A stretch of DNA of 63,255 nt, filler included, from Octopus bimaculoides (taxonomy: Eukaryota): NCBI RefSeq assembly GCF_001194135.2. It is 4 parts of 4 records of this genome, joined end to end, with 100 filler letters (N's around TTAATTAATTAA, not from the genome) between each part and the next. Parts side by side here need not be neighbours in the genome. Positions count along the whole stretch, not along the records: positions 1 to 21,243 come from NC_068993.1; positions 21,344 to 39,498 come from NC_068991.1; 2 more parts are not named here. One strand, given 5' to 3'. How positions within the stretch are numbered: position 1 is the stretch's first letter; the number at the start of each line of letters is the position of its first letter. The translations under genes were made by a program, and so were the position numbers. The notes below the pieces were generated by a model. The model ran no database searches and was not told the DNA's origin. It saw nothing but the letters and a program-made list of their open reading frames with translations. This document shows, in pieces, positions 13,856-24,900 of the stretch.

Positions 13856-14166
13856 GGTTGAAGCATTTTGTGTCGTAGCTGTATGTATTACGTTACTGAT
13901 TATCCAAATAATAAGTAATGGGAAACTGGGAGTTGCAATTCATGAGGCTTCACCGTCATAAGATATACGCACTTCGCATTATATAAAGATTATATTATCT
14001 TCATTTGTAAACATACATTTAGCAAAGCACAGATACACAGAGATACCGAAACACATCGACCCGTAGCTAAACAGAGAGAGAGAAAGAGAGAGAGAGAGAA
14101 AGGGAGTAAGAGAGAGAGGTAAGAGATAAAGAAATAAATGTATATATATATATATATGTATGTATG

Positions 14167-14206
<40 letters not shown>

Positions 14207-14569
14207 GATATATACATAAATATACATACATATATACATATACTTACACATATATATATATATAACACGTGCTTCCTTCAATCATAGAACTCTTTGGAAT
14301 TATCAAACAGAACCACACACATGCGCATTTGTACTCACTTACACCCCCCCCCACACACACATACACATTGATGTGATCACGTTAATGCTGCAGATGGAGT
14401 TAACGAAATTCTATAGACGTTCATAATAAATGACATGTTTGATAATTCCAGGCAGTTCTGAGACTAATGTAGGAATGTGATGCCGTCACTTTCTGCACGG
14501 TTCTTCCCTTCTCTATTTACGTCTATCTCTTTATCGAAAATGTGTGTGTGTGTGTGTGTATGTTTGTGC

Positions 14570-14605
<36 letters not shown>

Positions 14606-15650
14606 ACACATATATCCGTCATATATCACGTACAGTAGCTTCAGCACGTGAATATATAATTTTATATATGTATGTATATAAACCTTTACGCATCTACATA
14701 CGCGCGCACAAGCTCACACAGTCATACGTATTTACATATATAAATACGTACATACATACATACATACATACATACATACATACANNNNNNNNNNNNNNNN
14801 NNNNNNNNNNNNNNNNNNNNNNNNNNNNNNNNNNNNNNNNNNNNNNNNNNNNNNNNNNNNNNNNNNNNNNNNNNNNNNNNNNNNNNNNNNNNNNNNNNNN
14901 NNNNNNNNNNNNNNNNNNNNNNNNNNNNNNNNNNNNNNNNNNNNNNNNNNNNNNNNNNNNNNNNNNNNNNNNNNNNNNNNNNNNNNNNNNNNNNNNNNNN
15001 NNNNNNNNNNNNNNNNNNNNNNNNNNNNNNNNNNNNNNNNNNNNNNNNNNNNNNNNNNNNNNNNNNNNNNNNNNNNNNNNNNNNNNNNNNNNNNNNNNNN
15101 NNNNNNNNNNNNNNNNNNNNNNNNNNNNNNNNNNNNNNNNNNNNNNNNNNNNNNNNNNNNNNNNNNNNNNNNNNNNNNNNNNNNNNNNNNNNNNNNNNNN
15201 NNNNNNNNNNNNNNNNNNNNNNNNNNNNNNNNNNNNNNNNNNNNNNNNNNNNNNNNNNNNNNNNNNNNNNNNNNNNNNNNNNNNNNNNNNNNNNNNNNNN
15301 NNNNNNNNNNNNNNNNNNNNNNNNNNNNNNNNNNNNNNNNNNNNNNNNNNNNNNNNNNNNNNNNNNNNNNNNNNNNNNNNNNNNNNNNNNNNNNNNNNNN
15401 NNNNNNNNNNNNNNNNNNNNNNNNNNNNNNNNNNNNNNNNNNNNNNNNNNNNNNNNNNNNNNNNNNNNNNNNNNNNNNNNNNNNNNNNNNNNNNNNNNNN
15501 NNNNNNNNNNNNNNNNNNNNNNNNNNNNNNNNNNNNNNNNNNNNNNNNNNNNNNNNNNNNNNNNNNNNNNNNNNNNNNNNNNNNATATATATATGTATGT
15601 ATGTATATATATCTATATCTATACACACACGCACTTACATTATGAACATT

Positions 15651-15869
15651 ATGGCAGAGTCGTCAGCACGCCGGTCGAAATGCTTAGCGTTATTTCGTCT
15701 GCCGTTACATTCTGAGTTCATATTCCGCCGAGGTTGACTTTGCCTTTCATCCTTTCGGGGTCGATTAAATAAGCACCAGTTACGCACTGGGGTTGATGTA
15801 ATCGATATTATCCCTTTGTCTGTCCTTGTTTGCCCCCTCTATCTTTAGCCACCTGTAGGCAATAAAGAA

Positions 15870-15872
<3 letters not shown>
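15651..15872 (+). mobile_element. tRNA-derived SINE, family B
   Basis: ggcagagtcgtcagcacgccggtcgaaatgcttagc...gagttcatattccgccgaggttgactttgcctttcatcctttcggggtcgattaaataagcaccag; tail caataaagaaata. Confidence 0.9.
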
Positions 15873-15903
<31 letters not shown>

Positions 15904-16599
15904 TTATGCATACACACATACACACATACCCATATATACACATACACACACACACACATATATACGCATACAATATGTATGCGCGTGCGTATTTAAATGC
16001 GAGCTTGCATGTGTGTGTGAGTCTGTTTGTGTGTGTGTGTGTGTGTTTGTGTGTGTGTTATATTCAATTTTCGATATCTCCTATAATTGAAAGCAGTAAG
16101 TTCGTTTAAGAGTTCTGAATACTACACGTACACATACATCGCTAGAACCACTATGACAAGCATCGCTACATATTCATTTACACCATCTCTTGTACTCTTG
16201 TACTACTAACAAAATTCTTTAGACATCCCACATAACGAAGCTTAACATTATATTCACAGCGGGCTTCTTTCGTCCTCCCTCACATCCTACTCCGAATCAC
16301 ACGAACAACAATACCTCAATATTGATACACTTTTAGCAAAACGTTTTATTGTTGTTCCAAATATTTATCACCAACAATGTACCATGAATTCAGTAGGGCA
16401 CTCCCCAGGACTTAAGCTAATTTTCAACAATTAAATTAATAAAAATGCCATTCAATATAGAATTAAAGAGATTGGTCATAGAAACATTATTAATAACAAA
16501 ATATCGACCAAAAGTGAACACACAAATATAGTACAAGCGACTCGACTGGCTGATGATGGCTGAGGGTTTTCTAGAGAGATAAAGACCTACTTTTAACAC

Positions 16600-17495
16600 A
16601 GTTTCAGCGTGGAGTCTAACATAGCTTGTAACACCTTTATACCAAAGCATTTTCTTATAGTATACAAATATAAGAGCTTCAATTTTTATAGTAATCACAA
16701 CTGTTTAAATAATATTGCATCTCAAATATTCAACCGCAATTAAGCTCATTAAAAGAGAAAAACAGCTTCAATCATGTGGCAAAGTTTGCTGCTAACAACA
16801 TCATGTGGCTTTCTACGTAAAGACAAATGCTTTTCAGCTATGCGCTGGAGTATAGAAGAAAGATAATTACTGCATGTGATACCGTGAGAAACTACATAGG
16901 ATTAACGGAAAATACTTTTAAAATTAAATACACACAGCACACGTACGTTTTCACTAAATATAAACTGAACTCCTCCACCGGACTCTAATACATCAGGAAA
17001 TATCTGAAGTGCAGTAGAAGTAACAAGCTTGACTGTCATTGAAACTGCAGGTCCGTATTCAAAGTATCCCTCACGGAGATGTTTACCGTTATGAATTATT
17101 TCTTCAATATGTTGGACAAAAGTACGTAATATTATCCGTTTCTAGGTATATGAACAAATTCTTTTTGATAAGACTCTACTTGAATAGTTTATATCAATTC
17201 TCTCATGCATTACAAAATATCATTGGTTTACCCTCATACCATAACCAATATAAACTGAATTTCGCCTCTGTATCCCAATGGATCAAGAAAAACTGAAGGA
17301 TAGTAATATTAATAATTTTGTATAAGGTGGAGTATCGATGAAACTGCAAAACCTGTATTCAAAGGGATCAAAGACATGCAATCTAAGCATCACAGAGAAG
17401 TTTGACATCTTGATACATTGATTCAATTTGTTGAACAAAAAATACGTGATGTTATCCATTTGCAGGCATATGAATAAATTTCTTTTGATAAAATT
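16600..17495 (+). mobile_element. Decayed Penelope-like element with tandemly duplicated endonuclease C-terminus
   Basis: IPKHFL...CLNNIASQIFNRN, then NYIGLTENTFKIKYTQH (YIG 16893-16901) and ...MNKFFL. A second diverged copy (~290 bp period) reads LKDSNI...YSKGSKTCNLSITEKFDIL...LLNKKYVMLSICRHMNKFLL. Confidence 0.8.
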
Positions 17496-17929
17496 CCAAT
17501 AGCACACTATATAACAAAAGCGTTGTATCGCCCATTGGTTTACAAGTACTCTCCACCATCACATAAGACTAACTCTCCGCAGCTCCTTACTGGTCAATGA
17601 GTAAACGCTAGTTCCATGATGGTGGCGTCACTGTATCCTGTACAAGAAACGGGCAGACTGACATAGATATTTTCTCTCACTAATTACCAATTAACCAGAT
17701 TTAGTTATCACGAGGCTTGTCACCTGTTCAAGCCTAATCATTCATCATAATGTCGCTTAAAGGATCAACTGCATGTAATAAGAAACTCTGAGTAGCAATT
17801 ATGTATATGTATGTATATACACACACAAAGATACACGCATAAACAGGTTTATGTATGTATGCATGTATGTATGTATGTATGTATGTATGTATAAATGTTT
17901 GTATATCTGTATATGTGTCTATATATGTT

Positions 17930-17969
<40 letters not shown>

Positions 17970-18115
17970 NNNNNNNNNNNNCGTGTGTGTGTGTATATAC
18001 GCACGTGCATACACACACACCACACGCTTTTTCACGATTATTTATGTGTAACTCATGTGATAACCGAGGAAAATCGATAGCCATGTAGGTTGAAGTCACG
18101 CAAACTTGTGAACAG

Positions 18116-18168
<53 letters not shown>

Positions 18169-18469
18169 CACACACACACAACCATGCTCTAACACACAAA
18201 CACACACACATGCACAAACTAACGCTCACGCACAAACACATACATACTCATGCATATTTATCTATAAGTACACAAGGACACATCCACATTCAAATACATA
18301 TATTTATGTGCGTGCATTATATATATATGTACACATACGCACACAGCCACACAGAGACACACATATACACATGCATTCCGTGCACGTTCAACAGTGTAAC
18401 CAAAACGTGTGAGAAATGTTCTCGTTGTTTATGTTGTTAGGTCAGGCCAGTTTCTAATATCACTTACCG

Positions 18470-18560
18470 CTTCTTCTTCTTCTTCTTCTTCTTCTTCTTC
18501 TTCTTCTTCTTCTTCTTCTTCTTCTTCTTCTTCTTCTTCTTCCTCCTCCTCCACCACCAC

Positions 18561-18597
<37 letters not shown>

Positions 18598-18603
18598 GTC
18601 ATT

Positions 18604-18684
<81 letters not shown>

Positions 18685-18685
18685 T
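18470..18685. repeat. Compound trinucleotide array (CTT)n-(CCT)-(CCA)-(CAT)n-(CGT)-(CAT)n
   Basis: Direct reading. Similar arrays at 19190-19385, 44590-45040, 47510-47570, 50545-50815 and 60780-61400. Confidence 0.95.
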
Positions 18686-19508
18686 TCTCTCTCTGCCTAC
18701 TTCTCCTCTCTCCACCCACTTCCCCTCACTCTGCCTACTTCTCACTCCAACTCACACCCAAGCTTCTTTTTCTCCTTTTCTTTCTCTTACGTTTATACTC
18801 TCTGTCTCTCTGTCTCTCTGTCTCTCTCTCTCACTGCCCTCTCTTTCCCTTAAGTTCTCTCTCTATCTCTGTTACTCTCTCTCTCCTCCTCTCTCTCCCC
18901 CTCTCTCCCTCTCTCTCTCTCTCTTTCTCAGACCTTCAGTCTGTTTCTTAATTACTCCCAATCGTCCCCGTCATCTCTTTTCCTTCACTCAGTATGCATT
19001 GCCCAGAATCTCACTTGACACATGCACAAATATACACACGCACAGGCTGCTCACAGAGACAGACTCACGGACAAACGCACGCACACATACACATACACAC
19101 GCACACGCGCACACATACACACACGCACACACATGCGTACATCAGCATACACATGCGTACGCAAACTCTGACAAACGATGAAGATGAAAAATGGAAGTGA
19201 TGATGAGGATGACGAAGAAGAAGAAGAAGGAAGAAGAAGGAAGAAGAAGAGGAGGAGGAGGACGAAGGGGGAGGACGAGGGGGGAGGAGGAGGACGGCGT
19301 CGACGGCAAAGAAGAAGAAGAAGAAGAAGAAGAAGAAGAAGAAGAAGAAGAAGAAGAAGAAGAAGAAGAAGAAGAAGACGGAGACCACTTGGAAATAATT
19401 ATCCCTAACGATCTTTCATTGTGAACTTAAATATGGTAATCAACGAAGGATTCCTCTTCTGGTCACTGGAACCGTTTAAAAAGCAATTAAATCTACGAGA
19501 AAATTCTA

Positions 19509-19760
19509 TTGGGTTGGTGCATAATTATTGCGGTTTTTTTCGACAAATTTTATTTAAGAAAAACAATAACAATATTTAACAAAAGCATCTGTAAATGCTG
19601 GTCTGACCGTCTGCCAAGCAAATGAGAAGCGGTAATTGAAGTAAATGGTGAGTATGCTCCGGAATAATCATTGAAAGATGTTTTAATTACATGTTGTTAT
19701 TGTTTTTTTGTTGAATAAAGTGTGTTGAAATAAAGCCGCAATAATTATGCACCAACCCAA
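19509..19760 (+). mobile_element. Mariner deletion derivative (MITE) with perfect 25-bp TIRs and TA target duplication
   Basis: TA|TTGGGTTGGTGCATAATTATTGCGG ... CCGCAATAATTATGCACCAACCCAA|TA. The interior retains the transposase end DRLPSK*EAVIEVNGEYAPE*. Confidence 0.92.
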
Positions 19761-19830
19761 TACTTCCTTCTGAAAAAGAGCGTGGTAATGTAGAATATAG
19801 TGACTTGGTTCCTGCACCGCAGTAAACAGA

Positions 19831-20455
19831 CCTGGCTGTATGGTAAGTGCTTTGATTCCCAACCACATGGTCCCGGGTTCAGTTCCCCTGCGTTCCATCT
19901 TGGGTGAAAGTGACTTCTTCTTTAACCTCCTCCTGAGTGGATTTGGTGGACGGAAACTGAAAGAAGCCATTCACATAAGCGCATGCACACTCAGAAGAAA
20001 CTCAGAAAAATCTCAAACACTCACATACACACACGCACATTCACACACGCATATATCATACAACTACAAGGCGTCATTTCTATTAGTCAAGTCTAATTAC
20101 AAAGGAACTTTGACTGTTGATTGGTTTATGGAATTTTGACTAATAGACTGTTGACTGCGTACTACACACACGCACGCACGTACAAACACACACACACACA
20201 CACACACATGTCTGTATGTGCACGTCCGTGTCTCTGTGTCTGTGTTTGTCCCCCACCACCACCACTTAGCAACCGGGGTTGTGTTTAGGTCCGCGTAACC
20301 TATCGGTTCGTCAAAAGAAATCCGATTTAATAAGTATCAGGCTTAAAGAAAAATAAGTACAGGGAACGATTCCTGCGACTAAAAATTCTTGAAGGCGGTG
20401 CCTCAGCTTGGCCGTAGTCTAATGACTGAAACAAGTAAAAGATTAAAGATTAAAG
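19831..20455 (+). mobile_element. SINE family A (head at 19831-19975, 3' half at ~20205-20455)
   Basis: ggctgtatggtaag...ccaaccacatggtcccgggttcagttcccctgcg ... ggcggtgcctcagcttggccgtagtctaatgactgaaacaagtaaaagatt. Confidence 0.8.
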
Positions 20456-21009
20456 ATATACATTGGGGGAGGTTTGAACTCACAACCAATCAGCTTCCAT
20501 TACCAATAGATTAATCATTCGCTCATTAAAAATTGATGCATGATTGCTCTCTCTTGTAAACTCATTCATCATGGAACATTATATACAAATTACGCACACG
20601 ACCGTACGCACATATTGACACATATATACATAATGCACACACACACATACACACACATTCACATGAGCGCAGATATGGCTTTGTGGTTAAGAAAACCGCG
20701 TAGTATCCAAGCGGTTCCTGATTGAATTTAAAAGCCTGAAACATCAGGCAACTTTCAACGGTTCGAGTTGGAACAAAAAAAAAAAAAAAAAAAATTAAAA
20801 TGAGTAAAAAATTAGTTGACAAAAATTGTACGGAAGCTGATTGCGTGCATATAACGAAGTCCCTTCTGATATTTGTTCTGTGTCAAGATGCAGATACTCT
20901 ATAGTATAATTCGCTGGAAATGGGGTGGATAAGTTATCGAAACTTAGGAAAATTACAACCAACATCTTTTACACACACACGCGCGCGCGCGCATAAAACC
21001 CACACACAT

Positions 21010-21165
21010 GATGTGGTTGTTGGGTAAGAATTTTGCTGCCCAACCACATAATGCTAGGTTTCAGTCCCACTATGTTGCACCTTGAGTAAGTATCATGGAC
21101 TACAAGACCGACGAGAGTCCTATGAGTGGATTTGGTGGACAAAAACTGAAGAGAAGCCAGAGTTT
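21010..21165 (+). mobile_element. SINE family A, diverged 5' half
   Basis: caaccacataatgctaggtttcagtcccactatgttgcaccttgagtaag...gagtggatttggtggacaaaaactgaagagaagcc. Confidence 0.75.
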
Positions 21166-21287
21166 TGTTCATGCATACATGCATACACATACATACCTAC
21201 ATGCATACATATGAACATATATATATATATATATATATATATANNNNNNNNNNNNNNNNNNNNNNNNNNNNNNNNNNNNNNNNNNNN

Positions 21288-21299
21288 TTAATTAATTAA
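21288..21299. other. Artificial six-frame-stop linker TTAATTAATTAA inside an N gap
   Basis: Palindromic 12-mer flanked by Ns on both sides; identical at 39543-39554 and 44051-44062. Confidence 0.9.
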
Positions 21300-21778
21300 N
21301 NNNNNNNNNNNNNNNNNNNNNNNNNNNNNNNNNNNNNNNNNNNTGGACACACGAAACAATAAGGCGTCCATTTTAGCAATAAATATCTGAACACAAGTGG
21401 AACTTCTTTCTCTGACCGCATATTGATTAGCAAGCATTTCACACATGCTTGCTTGGGCAAACCGTTACAAGGGCAATGACACAGACATAACACTATATAT
21501 ATATATATATATATATATATCCTAATGCATATACTGCTATATAAACAAAGATATACACATGGATGTTCACGGGCATATTCATCCGCACTCACTCACACAT
21601 ATATACGTCCGCTATCCAATAAACGTAATATTACATGCTGTCTCACATTACGTCGGCAATAAATGTCAACGTTATTAAGATGTACGGCCACATGAGACTT
21701 AATGATAAGTCTTGTTGGTATATAATGGTGGATATATAATATAGTGTGTATATATGTAGTTTTTTAACAAGAATGGTA

Positions 21779-21869
21779 TTGATAGTGACTTCGAAGTCTC
21801 GGCCAGCCAACCCATCATCGAACAGTTCAATGATGGGTTAGCTAGCCGAAAATTCGAAGTCACTGCCAA
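21779..21869. repeat. Near-perfect ~90-nt hairpin (inverted repeat with ~40-45 bp arms)
   Basis: agtgacttcgaagtctcggccagccaacccatcatcgaac-a-gttcaatgatgggttagctagccgaaaattcgaagtcact; 5 mismatches in the inner 40 bp. Confidence 0.9.
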
Positions 21870-22028
21870 AACTATTTTATTTTTAGAATTAAATTTGTAC
21901 TTTACAAAAGTATAGAGTAACCAATGAGATTAGAGTAAAATTGTTTTTATTATAGAAATAGTAATATTTCTAATTCTCTCTAAAGGAGACTACGGCAGCG
22001 TTACTGGATATTAATAGTTATCGCCAAG

Positions 22029-22374
22029 CCAATATGGCAGTTCCAAAAATAGGACGAATGCTGCCGTTGATTAGCTCCAAGAGGCCATCGCTTCTAGCTA
22101 GCTATGTGACACACGAACTAAATTTAGGTAAATAATCCTTCGTACAGACGGTCAGTAGCGACACCTGCTGGGTTCGGCTGCTCTACATTGATAAGGGGCA
22201 ACACCCTGAAACTAGTCTGTAGATGCCAGACCAGCAAGGGGAAGCGGCTGACCTCCCCTGTTCGAAGGTTATAATGGACACAGGTCCGTGTGTCACATAG
22301 CTAGCTAGAGGCGATGGTCTCTTGGAGCTAATCCACGGCAGCATTCGTCCTATTTTTTAGGACAGCCATGTTGG
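22029..22374 (+). mobile_element. Foldback element with ~90-bp terminal inverted repeats and an imperfectly self-complementary interior
   Basis: Arms 22029-22118 and 22284-22374 are about 90% complementary. Interior pairings: ccttcg/cgaagg, ggtcag/ctgacc, tgctgg/ccagca and tctaca/tgtaga. Confidence 0.9.
22182..22223 (+). ncRNA. Type I minimal hammerhead ribozyme (U3-A8 variant, palindromic stem III)
   Basis: Stem I tctaca(22182-87)/tgtaga(22218-23); core TTGATAA(22188-94); stem II gggg-caaca-ccct; GAAA(22208-11); ACTAGT palindrome; cleavage triplet GTC ending at 22217. Confidence 0.75.
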
Positions 22375-22507
22375 TTTTTATAATAATTGAATATAAANNN
22401 NNNNNNNNNNNNNNNNNNNNNNNNNNNNNNNNNNNNNNNNNNNNNNNNNNNNNNNNNNNNNNNNNNNNNNNNNNNNNNNNNNNNNNNNNNNNNNNNNNNN
22501 NNNNNNN

Positions 22508-22545
<38 letters not shown>

Positions 22546-23091
22546 ATGTATGTATTTATGTATTATGTATGTATGCATGTATGTATACAGAGTGCGATGG
22601 CTAAATTGTCACAATAAGACGGAAAAGGAATCGAGTGAAAGAAGAAGAAAGAAAGAGAAACAGACTAAGGGAAGTGGAAAGTGGCGAGACATTTAAGGAG
22701 AGAAAGTGACTATATATATTTTGACGATTGTTTTACTGAGGATAAAGTTGGAGCTCAGAGTTTAATTGTAGCTTAGGGAATGTATCTCTTTCTAAGCGAT
22801 AACATGAGGAAACAATACTTATAAGGAGAGAGGGGGAGAAAAATCTGACTTGAGACAAAGGAGAAAGTGATATTACGAAGCAGATCGAAAGAGCGTTTCT
22901 GATTGAGGAATGGTGTGGGATGCTTGAGAGATGCTACTTCTTTGCATGGGAGTGGGAGTTTTACAAAAGCTAACATAAACTTTAACAGAAATAAACTACG
23001 AGTCGAGAGGAGTGTGAATATAAAGTAGACAAAAAAAAAAGAAAGAAGGCAGGCGAACGGTAAAGAAGATAGATACGATTCAATGCAATGC

Positions 23092-23145
<54 letters not shown>

Positions 23146-23672
23146 GAGAAGAAAGGAAAGAAAATGTCGGTAAAAAAAATGTCGTTAATAAATGTATTAG
23201 AAAAACGATTGCAAAAGTTAAATTGGAAGACAAATTGAGGTGAGAACTGCAAAAAAGTTCGCTATCAAACCAAAGAAAATAAAAGATAAATAGCGATAAA
23301 GTGGAATAAAGTTGAAAGTTCTGCAATATACAGCGCTTAAAAAAATAATTTCTGTCGATTTAAAACAAAAAAGATGGACACCAAAATTCACAAAGCAGGT
23401 TTTGCAGTACACTTTTGAACTGCATGAGAAGACTTTGACATTAAATTCGAGATTATATACATACATCCATACATACATATATATATATGCAAAAATAAGG
23501 TGATATTACTGGCGACACCCCAGTATGGCCACAGCCTTTAGGCTGAAACCGGATTAAAATCACTTATCTACATATAATGTGTTTCATCCTGAGACACGAA
23601 ATGTGTTTCTGAAAATGCACTGCACTCACGGACGTGCAGCTCGAAGCTTCAACAAAGGTGAAAATGAGAAGC

Positions 23673-23736
23673 ATAAGATATATTCTTAATATGTCACGAA
23701 GAATAAGATATATTCTTAATGTGTCACGAAGAATAA
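23673..23736. repeat. 30-bp tandem duplication
   Basis: ataagatatattcttaat(a/g)tgtcacgaaga x2, plus ataa. Confidence 0.9.
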
Positions 23737-23742
23737 ATAATA

Positions 23743-23961
23743 AAGGCCACGAGCTGGCAGAATCGGTAGCACGCCGAGCAAAATGCTTAGCGGCATTTCG
23801 TCCGTCTTTACGTTCAGAGTTCAAATTCCGCAGAGGCAAACTTTACCTTTTATCCTTTTTCGAGGTCGGTAAAATAAGTACCAGTTGAGTACGGGGGGTC
23901 GTTGTAACCGACTTATCACCTTCCCCCAAACTTGCTGGTCTTGTGCCAAAATTTGAAACCA
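23743..23961 (+). mobile_element. SINE family B, full length
   Basis: ggccacgagctggcagaatcggtagcacgccgagcaaaatgcttagcggc...gagttcaaattcc...gctggtcttgtgccaaaatttgaaacc. Confidence 0.9.
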
Positions 23962-24061
23962 AAATGTCTTGAAGAATTGCTATACGATATTAATTCTGTA
24001 AATTCTCAGCGGAGAATTGTTTGTGGTGACTCTTTCAGACATTCCCTTAAATATACAGTCA

Positions 24062-24900
24062 GCCACTCTCTTACACAGGACCAGGGGCTAGTGCAATCTC
24101 AGAGTCAGAGTGGTTGTGTGACCTGGGAATCCACATGAGTGATGATGCAACATTTCATGTGCTTATTACCAAGATGGCAACGCTGTGCATGCGAGCGGCT
24201 GGTTGGATTCTAAGATCATTCAGAACATGGAAAAAGGATACCATGCAACTCGTTTCGAGAATATTCGTCCTCAGTCACCTACGCAACTGCTCCCGACTGT
24301 GGTCGCCACAAAGCGCCAAACTAACTGTGGAACTCAGGACAACATAACGCCACTACAAGATGACTAACACGGTGCAATAGATGAGATCTCTTAGAAGCTG
24401 AAGGAGCTGATGCTGTACTCCCCAGAGAAAAGACGCGAAAGATATGCAGTGATACACATATGGAAGATCCTGGAAGATCCTGGAAGATCCTGGAAGATCC
24501 TGGAAGATCCTGGAAGATCCTGGAAGATCTAGCAGCCAACTTTAGGATTGAAAGTTATGCCAACCAACGAAATAGGCAGCACTTCTTAGTAACAAAAATC
24601 CTGTCTTCTCCATCTAGAATAAGGCCATGATACAGTTTAGGTTTCAATAGCTCACAACTTTCCAAAATTCTGCCAAACAGACGCGAGATGTAAACAGATA
24701 TAGAGAGAGGTCCTCAGAGAACGTTTGGACAAACTTTTTATGAGATACCGTATAAACTCACATCGCGACAGGAAACACAAAGAAGAGCAGCTCTATCCAA
24801 TTCGCTACTTCATCAGAAACAATTCTGGCAAAAAAAAAAGAACCATTCTAAAGACAGTGTCCTAGCATGGCCGCAGCGTCTGGTTGAAACTAATAAAAGA
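24062..24900 (+). mobile_element. Decayed CR1/L2-group LINE, RT C-terminus and 3' tail
   Basis: CDLGIHMSDDATF...AGWILRSFRTW...RLWSPQ..., then LKELMLYSPEKRRERYAVIHIWKILED. The 3' end is agcatggccgcagcgtctggttgaaactaataaaaga. Confidence 0.85.
24461..24530 (+). repeat. 10-bp minisatellite (TGGAAGATCC)x7 within the LINE
   Basis: Six perfect units plus a final TGGAAGATCT. Confidence 0.97.

Noticed and set aside
21288-21299. TTAATTAATTAA as a biological motif (also 39543 and 44051)
   Set aside because: It occurs only isolated within N runs and gives stops in all six frames, so it is an assembly linker.
24461-24530. Short direct-repeat arrays as CRISPR (also 34148-34256, 35618-35732 and 57271-57317)
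   Set aside because: No unique spacers, no cas genes, and a eukaryotic TE context.
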